From the NCBI GenBank assembly GCA_050633245.1, contig JBOEGD010000020.1, forward strand, positions 1-56,173: DNA of 56,173 nucleotides, in the 5' to 3' direction. Source of the stretch: Calditrichia bacterium (GTDB taxonomy: Bacteria > Calditrichota > Calditrichia > RBG-13-44-9 > J075). Both the position numbers and the translations under genes were made by a program. Each line of letters opens with the position of its first letter. The first letter of the stretch is position 1. Shown here piece after piece: positions 20,271-30,335 of the stretch. A model generated the notes under the pieces. The model was given only the letters and a program-made list of their open reading frames with translations, had not been told where the DNA came from and searched no databases.

Positions 20271-21743
20271 CTACTTCAACAATACCATTTTTCGGCTGGT
20301 TCGTTTATTACCGCTTTGTAGAGTGTAAATATACACACCGCTGGTCAGGTTTGAAGCGCTAACTTTTATGGTATGCTCTCCTGCCGTGAAGAAACCGGTC
20401 GTTAGATTTCTAACGAGCCGTCCTCCGAGGTCATAAAGGTTAAGCTCCACAGCACCTGCCCTTGCCATTCGAAAGGTAATCGCCGTCGATGGGTTAAAGG
20501 GATTCGGGTAGTTGCCGAGTAGCTCGAACGTGTTTACCCACTCAGCCGGTGTTTCGATTCCCGTTAGCACTTCTCCGACAAATAGATAGTCCTGTCGCTG
20601 AAACCCGGTTAGGTAAATATCCGGAATGTTATCGCCGGTGAAGTCGGCAAATTCGGCATCCACGCCACTGCCGTTTGGTGGTGGTAAAAAATAACGTGAC
20701 GTGCTGTCGCTATATATGCCGCTACCGTCATTGATAAATATTTGATAGGTGCCGACAAATGCGGAAACGGCAATAATGTCTTCGTCTCCGTCACCGTCGA
20801 TGTCATTAAAATCTGCATCAATGGTGTTGAATGTCTCGCTTGGCAGACTTGCACCAGTAACATCTAAAAAGAAACCGTCGCCGTCATTTAGGAGCAGTCG
20901 GTTTTGAGAAGGCCGCCCTTGAAGAAATGTGACATTGGCGAAAAACAAATCCAGATCGCCGTCATTGTCAACATCTCCCAAATCTGCCTCACGCGTCTCT
21001 TCGCCTGAGAAGGTAAAGGTTATGCGTGCGCTGGTCTCGTCAGCGAATGTCCCTGAGCCATCGTTGATGAGCACGCGATTTCCGTCTTCATTGCCTTCAA
21101 TAATATCGCCGTCTCCATCACCGTCAATATCGCCCCACTCCAGGTCCTGCGTAATTGCTCCGGCCCGCGGATAGCGTGCTAATGTTTCATCAGTAAAATT
21201 ACCGGAACCGTCGTTGATGAGCACACGGTTGGTGCCGTCATTTCCAATAATGATGTCTGGAATGGAGTCACCGGTTAAGTCGGTTACCAGCACAGCGTTT
21301 GAGACTCCGTTAACCGGTATGCGACTGCTGGCGTTTGTGAAGAATCCATTTCCATCGTTCAGGTAAAGCTCGTTAGTACTGTCGTCTTCACTCACAAAAA
21401 GAATGTCCAGCGTTCCATTGTTGTCGAAATCGGCAATGCCGATGTCTTCCGAGTCGTTGTTTTGCGCAGGCAGGCGGGTATTTGACTCATTGGTGAAAAC
21501 GCCGCTTCCGTTGTTGATCAGAATAATATTGCGCACGAATTCCACCGCAATAACGATATCAAGATCACCGTCACCGTCGAGGTCTGCCGGCCGCGCATCC
21601 ATATTATTATTACCGAGCGAGGCCAAGGGCAGATTGGTCGCGCTTACGTCACGGTAGACCAGGTTCTCAGGAACCTCCTGAGCAGATAGGTTGCTGAAGA
21701 AAAGACTAATGGCTAATGAGAAAATTAGAAGTGTTTTTAACAT
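20271..21743 (-). CDS. Secreted FG-GAP/VCBS repeat protein with C-terminal secretion/sorting domain
   Basis: Signal peptide; seven DxDGDGDxD-type Ca-binding repeats; C-terminal NYPNPFNPST...SGVYIY...KMVLLK. Confidence 0.88.
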   Translation of the reverse strand: MLKTLLIFSLAISLFFSNLSAQEVPENLVYRDVSATNLPLASLGNNNMDARPADLDGDGDLDIVIAVEFVRNIILINNGSGVFTNESNTRLPAQNNDSEDIGIADFDNNGTLDILFVSEDDSTNELYLNDGNGFFTNASSRIPVNGVSNAVLVTDLTGDSIPDIIIGNDGTNRVLINDGSGNFTDETLARYPRAGAITQDLEWGDIDGDGDGDIIEGNEDGNRVLINDGSGTFADETSARITFTFSGEETREADLGDVDNDGDLDLFFANVTFLQGRPSQNRLLLNDGDGFFLDVTGASLPSETFNTIDADFNDIDGDGDEDIIAVSAFVGTYQIFINDGSGIYSDSTSRYFLPPPNGSGVDAEFADFTGDNIPDIYLTGFQRQDYLFVGEVLTGIETPAEWVNTFELLGNYPNPFNPSTAITFRMARAGAVELNLYDLGGRLVRNLTTGFFTAGEHTIKVSASNLTSGVYIYTLQSGNKRTSRKMVLLK

Positions 21744-21755
21744 CGCGAATCCCCT

Positions 21756-21883
21756 TGAATTGATGAATGATGATTGATGAATGATGATTCATCAAACCTG
21801 TTTTAGATGATTAGCTTTAACATCCCTAACCAAAGCCACGCGATGGAAAATATTGGTGAATGATGAATGATTACTTATGAATT
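21756..21883. repeat. Two degenerate heptamer arrays, consensus ATGAATG (21756-21790, 21856-21883)
   Basis: Units ATGAATG/ATGATTG/ATGAATG/ATGATTC and GTGAATG/ATGAATG/ATTACTT/ATGAATT. Confidence 0.75.
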
Positions 21884-21993
21884 GATTGACAAGTTTTAAT
21901 TAACTGTGTACGATAGCCAATATTAATTGCCGGTATATTAGATGTCAATAAGCTTGATTACAGTGGCTTTAATCAATTCATTTCGAGAAAACC

Positions 21994-22341
21994 ATGATGC
22001 TTTACAAGCCGCCACCTGGCACAGCGACCTTGGCTAACGTAGTTTCCCTGCTTGAGTCTCGCTTTCCAGGCTTCTGGCGGCAACGTGATAGCGATGATCT
22101 ACCTTTGCCTTACCTTGTCTTTGCGGACTTTTCCCGCTGGTTGATGGACAAAATGGAACTGACGGTTGAGGATACATAAATTTCAGATATCTTCAATTTT
22201 TTAGAAGAGCTGCTCATTAAGGGCGAGCAAGATATATTTAGTTTGAGCGCATTGACGGTTACAGAGCAACTGGCTGACAACTTTTCGAATCTCGATTGTT
22301 ATCCTATTGGCAAGAGGATGTCTGCCTTGATTAATGCCTAG
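21994..22341 (+). pseudogene. Small helical protein (DUF7674-like) interrupted by an in-frame TAA at 22177-22179
   Basis: The same frame continues after the stop as ISDIFNFLEELLIKGEQDIFSLSALTVTEQLADNF... to TAG 22339-22341, completing a coherent ~115-aa protein. Confidence 0.65.
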
Positions 22342-22482
22342 AGAGCTCCACGATAAAAGAGCTGCGTATTGTCAGCCCAGTCGATCTGGCTTCGCTTCCG
22401 TTCAGACCGATGCTGAATTTCATTAACTCTCGCAATGGAGCCTGGTCGTGCGTTTCGTAGCCTAACCGGGAAACTTCAACGC

Positions 22483-22509
22483 AATCATAATTCATAATTC
22501 ATAATTCAT
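22483..22509. repeat. Heptamer array (AATTCAT)x3, overlapping the nadE stop codon
   Basis: Three exact units plus a partial one; the reverse complement ATGAATT matches the 21756-21883 arrays. Confidence 0.8.
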
Positions 22510-24256
22510 TAATGTCCTGTCCAGGCTTATACCGATTGGTAATCGGGAACCTGCGATCTTTACCGAAGGCGCGGGCGGTAATCTTAATGCCCGGTGCACT
22601 TTGGCGGCGCTTGTATTCATTGATGTCGGTTAACCGAATAACGCGCTGCACCGTTTCATGATCAAACCCCATATCAACAATCTCATCGAAACCGAGATCT
22701 TTTTCGACGTAAGCTTCAATAATCGGATCAAGCACTTCGTAAGGCGGCAGTGAATCAGTGTCCTTTTGATCATGTCGTAGCTCCGCTGATGGCTCTTTTG
22801 TCAGAATGTTGCGCGGAATAATGTCGAAACCCGCTTTGTTATTGCGATGTCGACAGAGTTCATATACCAGTAGTTTTGGTACGTCTTTGATTACTGCGAC
22901 AGCTCCAACCATGTCACCGTACAGCGTACAGTAGCCGGTACTGTATTCACTTTTATTTCCGGTTGTAAGAATAAGTGCGCCGAATTTATTGGAGTAGCCC
23001 ATTAGCAGCGTTCCGCGAATCCTTGCCTGTAGGTTCTCTTCTGTTAGATCGGCTTCTTTGTCTCCGAATAATGGCTTTAGTGCAGATATGTAGGTCTCGT
23101 AAAGCTCGCCGATTGCCACTTCCTTGAAGTGGATACCGAAGTTCTCCGCAAGCTTCTCCGCATCGGTTTTGCTGGAATCGCTGGTGAATTCACTGGGCAT
23201 GGAAATCGCCATTACATTGTCTGGCCCAAGCGCATCGGCTGCAACGGCTGCAACCAGTGCCGAGTCGATCCCGCCGGACAGCCCCAACGCAATCTTCGAG
23301 AAGCCGTTTTTGTGCACATAGTCCCGCAATCCGGTTTTTAGCGCGGCGTAGATTTCTTCATAGTGCCCCATTGGCAAATGCGGCTCAACATCCGGCAGCG
23401 TTTTTTTCTCTTTTTGTTCTGTCGGCATTAATGCAATTTTCCAGACCATCTTGTCTTCCGGCGGATCGAAGTGTTTTTCTTTCCGACGTCGTGGATCGTG
23501 CAGGCGCTTGCTGAATACCTGGTCGGGATGCAGATCGGCAACCAGAAATGCCTCTTCGAAGGCGGGTGCACGGGCTATTAGATCACCATCCTCCGAAAGA
23601 ATGATGCTGCTGCCGTCGAAAACCAGATCGTCCTGACCACCTACCAGGTTGCAGTACGCCAGTATTACATCGTTGTCACGGGCGCGAACGGCTAACATCT
23701 CTTCACGATCGGCAATCTTTTCCATTGCGTATGGGGAAGCTGAAAGATTGATAATGACTTCCGCATCACCAAATAAAGCCTGGTAGTGCATTGGCCCACC
23801 GGGATACCAAATGTCTTCACAAATATTGATGCCGATATTAATATCGTTAAAAACGAAGGTTGGATTTGACTTGCCTTTCTGAAAATAGCGATTTTCATCG
23901 AATACGCTGTAGTTGGGCAGGAAGTGTTTATGGTAGACACCTTCGACCGCTCCCTGATGTAACAGAGCTGCGGCGTTGTAAATGTCATCCTTGCGGTCGA
24001 CAAAGCCAACGACGATGGTTATCTTCTCGCTCAGGGGGAGCAGTTTTTTTAGATAGCGCACATTGTCATCGATAAACTCTGGTCTGAGTAGTAAATCTTC
24101 TGGCGGGTAGCCGCAGATCGTCAATTCAGGAAAGGCCACGATGTCTGCCTGCTGCTCAATTGCTTTTTCAATGTACTCAACGATATTTAGGTAATTACCG
24201 TGTAGATCCCCAACAGTTGAGTTCGTTTGGGCCAGCGCCAGTCTAAGACTTCTCAT
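22499..24256 (-). CDS. nadE: Glutamine-dependent NAD+ synthetase
   Basis: N-terminal nitrilase domain (FPEL, K.FLPNY, ICEDIW); synthetase domain GLSGGIDS, ENLQARIRG, TGNKSE, PSAEL, EYKRRQ. Confidence 0.97.
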   Translation of the reverse strand: MRSLRLALAQTNSTVGDLHGNYLNIVEYIEKAIEQQADIVAFPELTICGYPPEDLLLRPEFIDDNVRYLKKLLPLSEKITIVVGFVDRKDDIYNAAALLHQGAVEGVYHKHFLPNYSVFDENRYFQKGKSNPTFVFNDINIGINICEDIWYPGGPMHYQALFGDAEVIINLSASPYAMEKIADREEMLAVRARDNDVILAYCNLVGGQDDLVFDGSSIILSEDGDLIARAPAFEEAFLVADLHPDQVFSKRLHDPRRRKEKHFDPPEDKMVWKIALMPTEQKEKKTLPDVEPHLPMGHYEEIYAALKTGLRDYVHKNGFSKIALGLSGGIDSALVAAVAADALGPDNVMAISMPSEFTSDSSKTDAEKLAENFGIHFKEVAIGELYETYISALKPLFGDKEADLTEENLQARIRGTLLMGYSNKFGALILTTGNKSEYSTGYCTLYGDMVGAVAVIKDVPKLLVYELCRHRNNKAGFDIIPRNILTKEPSAELRHDQKDTDSLPPYEVLDPIIEAYVEKDLGFDEIVDMGFDHETVQRVIRLTDINEYKRRQSAPGIKITARAFGKDRRFPITNRYKPGQDINEL

Positions 24257-24473
24257 GTGTAATCCGCTTCTTGTTTCGGGTTTAAAAAACGTTTTATAAA
24301 AGATTGTACCAGCTCACAAATTGTGCACTGGTATATTGTAAGTTAATACGAGCAAAGTCAGGATTGCAAACATAAGATCGCTGACGACCAAAGTAGTTTA
24401 TAATCTACATAAAAATATAAAACTACTTGATTTTTTTACGCATGGCCTATAAGTTATAAGGCTATCTGATCTT

Positions 24474-24547
24474 GGTCCCATAGCTCAGTTGGTTAGAGCA
24501 ACCGACTCATAATCGGTTGGTCGCAGGTTCGAGTCCTGCTGGGACCA
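24474..24547 (+). tRNA. tRNA-Ile2 (CAT anticodon, lysidine type); CCA not encoded
   Basis: Cloverleaf with GGTCCCA/TGGGACC acceptor stem, ACCGA-CTCATAA-TCGGT anticodon arm, GGTTCGAGTCC T-arm and discriminator A. Resembles ileX-type rather than Met tRNAs. Confidence 0.9.
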
Positions 24548-24575
24548 CTTATATACTGTAAAAAGGAGTAGGCCA

Positions 24576-24671
24576 GTGAGACGGCGCTACAGACATCGCC
24601 TTTCGGTACCAAGCGACATTTGCCAAGACAAAAACATCTTTTACGATATAGCCAAGGGGTGCACCCAATAA
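24576..24671 (+). other. Candidate 31-aa small ORF/leader peptide (MRRRYRHRLSVPSDICQDKNIFYDIAKGCTQ)
   Basis: AAAAGGAG 7 nt before GTG; the TAA stop lies in the loop of the following hairpin. Confidence 0.35.
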
Positions 24672-24689
24672 GGGAAGCACCCCTTTTTT
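24654..24689 (+). terminator. Intrinsic terminator/attenuator hairpin
   Basis: AAGGGGTGC...GCACCCCTT followed by a T run. Confidence 0.75.
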
Positions 24690-24760
24690 ATTATACAGTA
24701 TCCCAAAATCATAACCCCGTCATACCCCGCGCAGGGTGGAGGACATAAAGGAGGCATAAC

Positions 24761-25489
24761 GTGAAGAAATTGGTTAATAATCTGGTAAAGCTTCAGGAAT
24801 TTGATACTCGGCTCAGAGAGCTTAAGTTACAAAAAGGTGATCTTCCGAGTATGATCGAAAACCTCAGTGGAAATCTTTCCGAGAAACGCAGTGCAACTGC
24901 AGACTATAAAGAGAAGGTTGATAAACTGCGTTCCGATCGCAAGATGTTTACGGCTGAGAGTGATGCCGGCAAGGCTCAGTTGAAGAAATATGAAGAGCAG
25001 CTCTACAAGGTTCAGAACAACAAAGAATACGATGCTATCTCCCTCGAGATCGACACCAAGAAAGCTGAAATCGAGAATCTGCAGAACAAAATTCTGCAGA
25101 CGATGGAAGAAGAAGAGTCACTACAGTCTAACAACGTCGAAATTGTTGATGAGATGAAGAGCCTAGAAGAGCAGTTGAAAGAAGCCGAAGGCGAGCTGGA
25201 AGAAATTGACAAGCTGACTCGTGAAGAAGAAACACGTTTGACAGGAGAGCGTGAGAAAGTTGCCGGTCGGTTAGATAAGCGTCAACTTCGTCAGTATGAG
25301 CGCATAAGCAATGCAAAAGCTGGAATTGCTGTTGCATCTATTCAGCGCGATTCTTGTGGCGGTTGCTTTTCATCTATCCCGCCTCAGCGTATTGTAGAAA
25401 TTCGCGGCGGTGAGCGTCTGATCAACTGTGAGCACTGCGGACGAATTTTGGTTTGGCAAGATGAAGTAACCGAAGTAATGGCTGGTTAA
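24761..25489 (+). CDS. C4-type zinc ribbon coiled-coil protein (DUF164, CT398/HP0958-like)
   Basis: Long coiled coil, NKEY..I..EI, CGGC and CEHCGRIL; strong AAGGAGG RBS; typical neighbour of rnpB. Confidence 0.9.
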   Translation: MKKLVNNLVKLQEFDTRLRELKLQKGDLPSMIENLSGNLSEKRSATADYKEKVDKLRSDRKMFTAESDAGKAQLKKYEEQLYKVQNNKEYDAISLEIDTKKAEIENLQNKILQTMEEEESLQSNNVEIVDEMKSLEEQLKEAEGELEEIDKLTREEETRLTGEREKVAGRLDKRQLRQYERISNAKAGIAVASIQRDSCGGCFSSIPPQRIVEIRGGERLINCEHCGRILVWQDEVTEVMAG

Positions 25490-25557
25490 GAGCAACACGA
25501 GGTTCTTTTATGTGGCGCTTTTTAGCGCCACCTGCGCGGATTAACGATATGCAGGTA

Positions 25558-25960
25558 ATCAGAGGTATCCAGGTAATCGCTTCATCGGTGACGATGGAGA
25601 GGAAAGTCCGAACTCCGAAGGACAGGGTGCCCGGAGAATATCCGGGGACTGTGCAGCGTAAGCTTCACAGGACGGAAAGTGTCACAGAAACTATACCGCC
25701 CCGATTTATCGGGGTAAGGGTGAAAAGGCGGGGTAAGAGCCCACCAGCCGGTTCCTGAAAAGGAAGATCGCGGAGACGCCCGGGCTGGACAAACCCCATC
25801 CGGAGCAAGGCCAAATAGAAGGAGATTCCTTCGGGAAGCGAAGCGGTCCGTTTCGCTGCGACATTGTCGCTGAATCTTCGGGTAGGCCGCTTAGATAAAT
25901 GATTACCATTTTTTCACTCGCTGAAAAAATACAGAATTCGGCTTATCGGATATCTTTGGT
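25558..25960 (+). ncRNA. rnpB: RNase P RNA, bacterial type A
   Basis: GAGGAAAGTCCG, ACAGAAA, GGTAAGAGCCCACC, GAGCAAGGCCAAATAG and ACAGAATTCGGCTTA signatures; P1 ATCAGAGGTATCC pairs with GGATATCTTTGGT. Confidence 0.96.
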
Positions 25961-25987
25961 TACTCGCAATTTATAGAATTACGTTTT

Positions 25988-26055
25988 TAAAACGAGTATT
26001 CGGCTTCCTGATTTATCCGATGATAAAATTGGACAGGAGCCGGGTATTCGTTTTA
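25988..26055 (+). terminator. Long hairpin after rnpB (terminator or processing stem)
   Basis: TAAAACGAGTATTCGGCTTCCTG pairs with CAGGAGCCGGGTATTCGTTTTA. Confidence 0.65.
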
Positions 26056-26123
26056 CGCTTTTAAGAGGGAACTAAATTTCACTGCTTTCCGGAAAGAAAG
26101 CGCGGATGCACTAGGATGACTTT

Positions 26124-28490
26124 ATGAAGACCTTTCAAAAAAATTGGCGGGCATTTCAGGCATTTCTTAACGAGAATGAGATGTTTGGTGTGCCCCTAAA
26201 CAGGCTTGCAGTGCGCACGCTCTGTGCCACGACACTTGTTCTGATGATTGCCTGGCTGCTGCCGTCGCAACGCCCGTTCGAATATAGTAATCTGGTCGTC
26301 GGCAGTATCGCCCCTGAAGAGATAATCGCACCCTTCAAATTTGCCATTCGTAAAAGCGACGAAACAATCAAGCAGGAAAGAGAAGCCGTTCGACTTGCCG
26401 TTCCCCAGGTCTTTGATCGTCGCAGTGATGTACCAAATATTCAATCGTTAACGCTGAAACAGTTTTTCGAAGATCTTGAGAGGTTTTTCAGGGAAAATAC
26501 CCAGCGACCAGATGATCGGATTGCGACATCGGATACCGTAAAAACGGTTGTTGATTCCTTTTTGGAAACGATGAATCTGAAATACAATCAAAGGATGACG
26601 CTTCAACAGCTTGTCTGGCTACACTCCATTAATGAAAAAAGCCGTTTGAAAAACCTTGGCCAACACCTTGATGAAGGGTTTCAAAAAGCATATAAGGTTG
26701 GTGTGCTGGACCGGAATAAAAATGAAATTCCTGAAAAGCTGCTCGTTGTTGCGCTTGAGGGAATTGAGGAGTCCATTCCCCCGGAAGAAGTTATGGAGGC
26801 CGACCAGGCACGCAGTCTGATTGAAGATGAGCTGCGCAAAAGTTTCGGAAATGAATCGGATGAGCTTAGACTTGCCAATTATTTGATTTCGACTTTTTTG
26901 CTGCCAAACCTGGTTTTTAATGAGGCCGTTACCGAAGAACGAAAAGGACAAGCCGAGCATGATGTTCCGCTAACACGTGGATTTGTAGAGCAAGATGAGC
27001 GCATCATCGATAATCATGAGCAGGTAACCGAGACCGTTTACCGCAAGCTGCAATCCCTGGCCCTCGCTCTCGAAGAACGTGCAAATCAACAAGAGGGCGT
27101 GAAGAAGATTCTGTTTAACCTCGGAAAATTTCTTTTTGCTCTGCTCCTGGTGGCGTTAACGGCGCTCTATATTCATCTTTATCGCAATCAGATTTTCGAA
27201 GAAGATCATCTTTTAATCATGATAACGATTATTTTTGTTTTTCAGTTGGCCACCGCAACATTAATCTTGCAAATACCGGATTGGTCTCATCTTAGTATTC
27301 CTGTCGTGATGGCACCAATGCTCTTAGCCATGCTGCTGGATTTTGGTGTGGCGTTTATCTGCACCGTTTTGTTAAGCATTGTACTGGGAGCGACCATTGG
27401 TAACGATTTTAACTTTACCACGCTAACGCTGGTTGTTGGAAGTGTCGCAGCCTTTTCTGTTCAGAAGATTCGCAACCGCGGACATATGGTGCGGGCGATT
27501 GTTTTTATAATGTTAGCATACCTCGCCGTCGATCTGATCCTTGGATTGTTACATTCCGATTCTTTGGAAAAGATGCTAAAAGACTTTGGCAAGTTTATGC
27601 TTCCTAACGCAATACTCGCCCCGACAGTAGTGTTTTTTCTAATTGGCATCTTTGAGCGATATTTTGACGTAACTACAGATATTACGCTGCTGGAATTGTC
27701 TGATTTGAATCATGAGCTGATGAAGGACCTTTCGGTGAAAGCGCCTGGCACCTTTCATCATAGTATCGTTGTTTCGAATCTGGCCGAGGCAGCAGCAAAA
27801 GCAATTGGTGCAAACGCATTGTTGACGCGCGTCGGCTGCTACTTTCACGATATTGGAAAGATGCAAAAGCCGGAATACTTTGTGGAAAATCAACTTCCCG
27901 GCGCTAATAAGCACGATAACCTGTCTCCGCATATGAGCTGTCTGGTGCTTATAAACCACGTAAAGGCCGGTCTTGATATGGCTGATAAACATGGTTTGCC
28001 TTATGTTGTGAAGCAGTTTATTGCAGAGCATCACGGTACGAGTATTATCAGTTATTTTTATCATAAGGCATTGGAAAATGGTGATGCGAAAGAAGTGAAT
28101 GAATCTGACTTTCGTTATCCGGGGCCGAAGCCGCAATCGAAAGAAACGGCTATCAGTATGATGGCAGATACTGTTGAAGCTGCCTCACGTACATTAAATA
28201 ATCCTACGCCACAGCGTATTCGCAATATGGTCGATACTCTGGTCGATCAGAAGATGAAAGAAGGGCAACTGGATAGTTGTAATTTGACACTTAATGAGAT
28301 TACCCAGATTAAGGAAGCCTTTCATCCTATCTTGACCGGAATTCATCATATTCGAATCGAATATCCCGGTGAAATTCTTTCCGAGGATAAAGGAAAAGAA
28401 CGAAGCGCTGCTCGAGAAAAGAACGGTAGCCGCTCACAGGGAAAATCTACTGAAGAGAAAAGTAAGCGCGAAGTGAAGGGAGACGTATGA
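26124..28490 (+). CDS. 7TM-HD phosphohydrolase, PgpH-like putative cyclic-di-AMP phosphodiesterase
   Basis: Extracellular domain, 7 TM, APGTFHHS, YFHDIGK, YFVENQ, EHHGT, FRYPGPKP and MADTVEAA. Confidence 0.9.
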   Translation: MKTFQKNWRAFQAFLNENEMFGVPLNRLAVRTLCATTLVLMIAWLLPSQRPFEYSNLVVGSIAPEEIIAPFKFAIRKSDETIKQEREAVRLAVPQVFDRRSDVPNIQSLTLKQFFEDLERFFRENTQRPDDRIATSDTVKTVVDSFLETMNLKYNQRMTLQQLVWLHSINEKSRLKNLGQHLDEGFQKAYKVGVLDRNKNEIPEKLLVVALEGIEESIPPEEVMEADQARSLIEDELRKSFGNESDELRLANYLISTFLLPNLVFNEAVTEERKGQAEHDVPLTRGFVEQDERIIDNHEQVTETVYRKLQSLALALEERANQQEGVKKILFNLGKFLFALLLVALTALYIHLYRNQIFEEDHLLIMITIIFVFQLATATLILQIPDWSHLSIPVVMAPMLLAMLLDFGVAFICTVLLSIVLGATIGNDFNFTTLTLVVGSVAAFSVQKIRNRGHMVRAIVFIMLAYLAVDLILGLLHSDSLEKMLKDFGKFMLPNAILAPTVVFFLIGIFERYFDVTTDITLLELSDLNHELMKDLSVKAPGTFHHSIVVSNLAEAAAKAIGANALLTRVGCYFHDIGKMQKPEYFVENQLPGANKHDNLSPHMSCLVLINHVKAGLDMADKHGLPYVVKQFIAEHHGTSIISYFYHKALENGDAKEVNESDFRYPGPKPQSKETAISMMADTVEAASRTLNNPTPQRIRNMVDTLVDQKMKEGQLDSCNLTLNEITQIKEAFHPILTGIHHIRIEYPGEILSEDKGKERSAAREKNGSRSQGKSTEEKSKREVKGDV

Positions 28491-28942
28491 CAACCATCGA
28501 AATTATGAGCAATCACCCAAGCTATGCTCCTGACCTCGCCGGAATTGCCGATGTAACCCGGCAGATACAGAACGAAATGGCTCTTTCTGCACTCGAGCTG
28601 ATCATCATCTTCGTTGAAGACTCTTATCTGAAAGATTTGCATTCAACATATTTGGATGACGATTCCGTGACGGACATTATGACGTTTAATCTTAGCGATG
28701 ATGATGAGGTTGAAGGTGAAATTTATATCTCCATAGATCGTGCGCGTGACAATGCCACGTCTTTTGAGGTGGCGGAACAAGAAGAGATTTGTCGACTGAT
28801 TATTCACGGCCTGCTACACTTGAAAGGCCATGATGATGAGACGCCCGAAGAAAAGAAGCAGATGCGTGAGCTCGAAAACTTCCACTTGGCTAACAGCCTG
28901 CCGGATGGCTGGAAAAAAGCGTTCTCAAATCGTGTTAACTAG
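28487..28942 (+). CDS. ybeY: rRNA maturation endoribonuclease YbeY
   Basis: TDIMTF, GEIYIS and IHGLLHLKGHD zinc motif. Confidence 0.93.
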   Translation: MTTIEIMSNHPSYAPDLAGIADVTRQIQNEMALSALELIIIFVEDSYLKDLHSTYLDDDSVTDIMTFNLSDDDEVEGEIYISIDRARDNATSFEVAEQEEICRLIIHGLLHLKGHDDETPEEKKQMRELENFHLANSLPDGWKKAFSNRVN

Positions 28943-29030
28943 TACACATGACCACTGTGGGATATTGATTCTGGTAAACGTATATTGTAAGCAGTTTCGC
29001 TCGATACTATATGGGGGGTAAGGACTACTC

Positions 29031-30335
29031 TTGTGGTTTGAAATTGCATTCTATGCCGGTTGCTTTTTGTCGTTGCTAGGACTCTCTGCCTTTTTCTCTG
29101 GCTCCGAAACCAGCTACTTTTCGCTTTCACAGTCGGTTGTTGATAACTTCCTGCATTCTTCAGACCGAAAAGAAGAACGTGTAGGGCGGCTGTTGCAAAA
29201 GCCCCGGCACCTGCTCATAACAATTATTGTTGGCAATACGATTGTCAATATCTCCATCGCTTCTCTCGCTGCAATCGTTACAACGCGTATTAGCTTCGCA
29301 ATGGGGTTCGATGAACGCCTGGCGCTGCTGGTTGATGTGATAGTCGTAACGGCTGTTATTCTGGTTCTCAGCGAAATCTTCCCCAAAGTTGTTGCGGTAA
29401 GAAATCCACAATCCTTTGCCAAAAGATGCAGTGGCCTGCTTAAGATCGTACATGTTCTCTTTACTCCGGTTACGCTGCCACTAAGTCGATTTACCCGCCT
29501 GGTTCAGCATACGGTAGGTTTGTCTGAAGATAAGACTATGCTCTCTGAGCAAGAACTGATGACGCTGGTTGAGGTGGGCGAAGAGCATGGTGCACTGGAA
29601 AAAGAAGAAAAAGAAATGATTCACAGTATCTTCGAATTCGGAGAGACGACTGTGAAAGAGATTATGATTCCACGAACAGATATGGTGGCTGTGGAAATTA
29701 ACAGTGGACTCGATTCAATTATGACGCTGGTGAAATCCAAACTGCTCTCTCGTATTCCCGTCTATGAAAATCGTATTGATAATGTGGTGGGAATCCTGTA
29801 TGTCAAAGATCTGTTACCTCTTATCAGTCACTCCGATAACGACGGATTCAAACTGCATGAGCTGATGCGCGAGGCTCACTTCGTGCCAGAGCAAAAGAAA
29901 ATTGACGATCTGTTGCGCGAATTTCAAAAAGATCGCCGGCATATGGCGCTGGTCGTTGATGAGTATGGTGGCATCTCCGGTTTGGTTACGCTGGAAGATG
30001 TAATTGAAGAAATTGTCGGAGAAATTCAGGATGAATATGACAAGGAGCAGCCACTCTTTTCTGTTGTTGAAGACAATGTATTCCTGGTTGATGGACGCAT
30101 GTCTATTGAAGAAGTAAATGAGGCGCTCGATCTCGATCTTCCAACCGAAGAAGGCGTGGAAACGATTAGTGGATTTATTCTCAGTTTACTGGGCTCCCTT
30201 CCCGAAGAAAAAGAGCGAGCGTATTACAATGGATATGAATTTGTCGTCGAAAGTGTAAGGCGCAATCGCATCCTGAAAGTTCGAATTTTAAAAAACAGTC
30301 CGGACTCCGGAGTTCACAATGAAACCAACTCCTGA
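29031..30335 (+). CDS. Hemolysin/CNNM family protein (DUF21-CBS-CBS-CorC; GldE/TlyC-like)
   Basis: SAFFSGSE, GNTIVN, SEIFPK, IMIPR, SRIPVY, VVDEYGG and EDVIEEIVGEI. TTG start. Confidence 0.9.
   Translation: MWFEIAFYAGCFLSLLGLSAFFSGSETSYFSLSQSVVDNFLHSSDRKEERVGRLLQKPRHLLITIIVGNTIVNISIASLAAIVTTRISFAMGFDERLALLVDVIVVTAVILVLSEIFPKVVAVRNPQSFAKRCSGLLKIVHVLFTPVTLPLSRFTRLVQHTVGLSEDKTMLSEQELMTLVEVGEEHGALEKEEKEMIHSIFEFGETTVKEIMIPRTDMVAVEINSGLDSIMTLVKSKLLSRIPVYENRIDNVVGILYVKDLLPLISHSDNDGFKLHELMREAHFVPEQKKIDDLLREFQKDRRHMALVVDEYGGISGLVTLEDVIEEIVGEIQDEYDKEQPLFSVVEDNVFLVDGRMSIEEVNEALDLDLPTEEGVETISGFILSLLGSLPEEKERAYYNGYEFVVESVRRNRILKVRILKNSPDSGVHNETNS

Noticed and set aside
21994-22341. Selenoprotein or other recoded gene
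   Set aside because: The internal stop is TAA, not TGA, and no SECIS-like hairpin follows. I saw no convincing Sec-TGA gene in the window.
24474-24547. tRNA-Met or fMet call
   Set aside because: Paired G1-C72, no three consecutive G-C pairs in the anticodon stem, and overall ileX-like sequence favour Ile2.
25510-25909. ORFs 25510-25758 (+) and 25706-25909 (-)
   Set aside because: Both overlap the RNase P RNA and are spurious translations.
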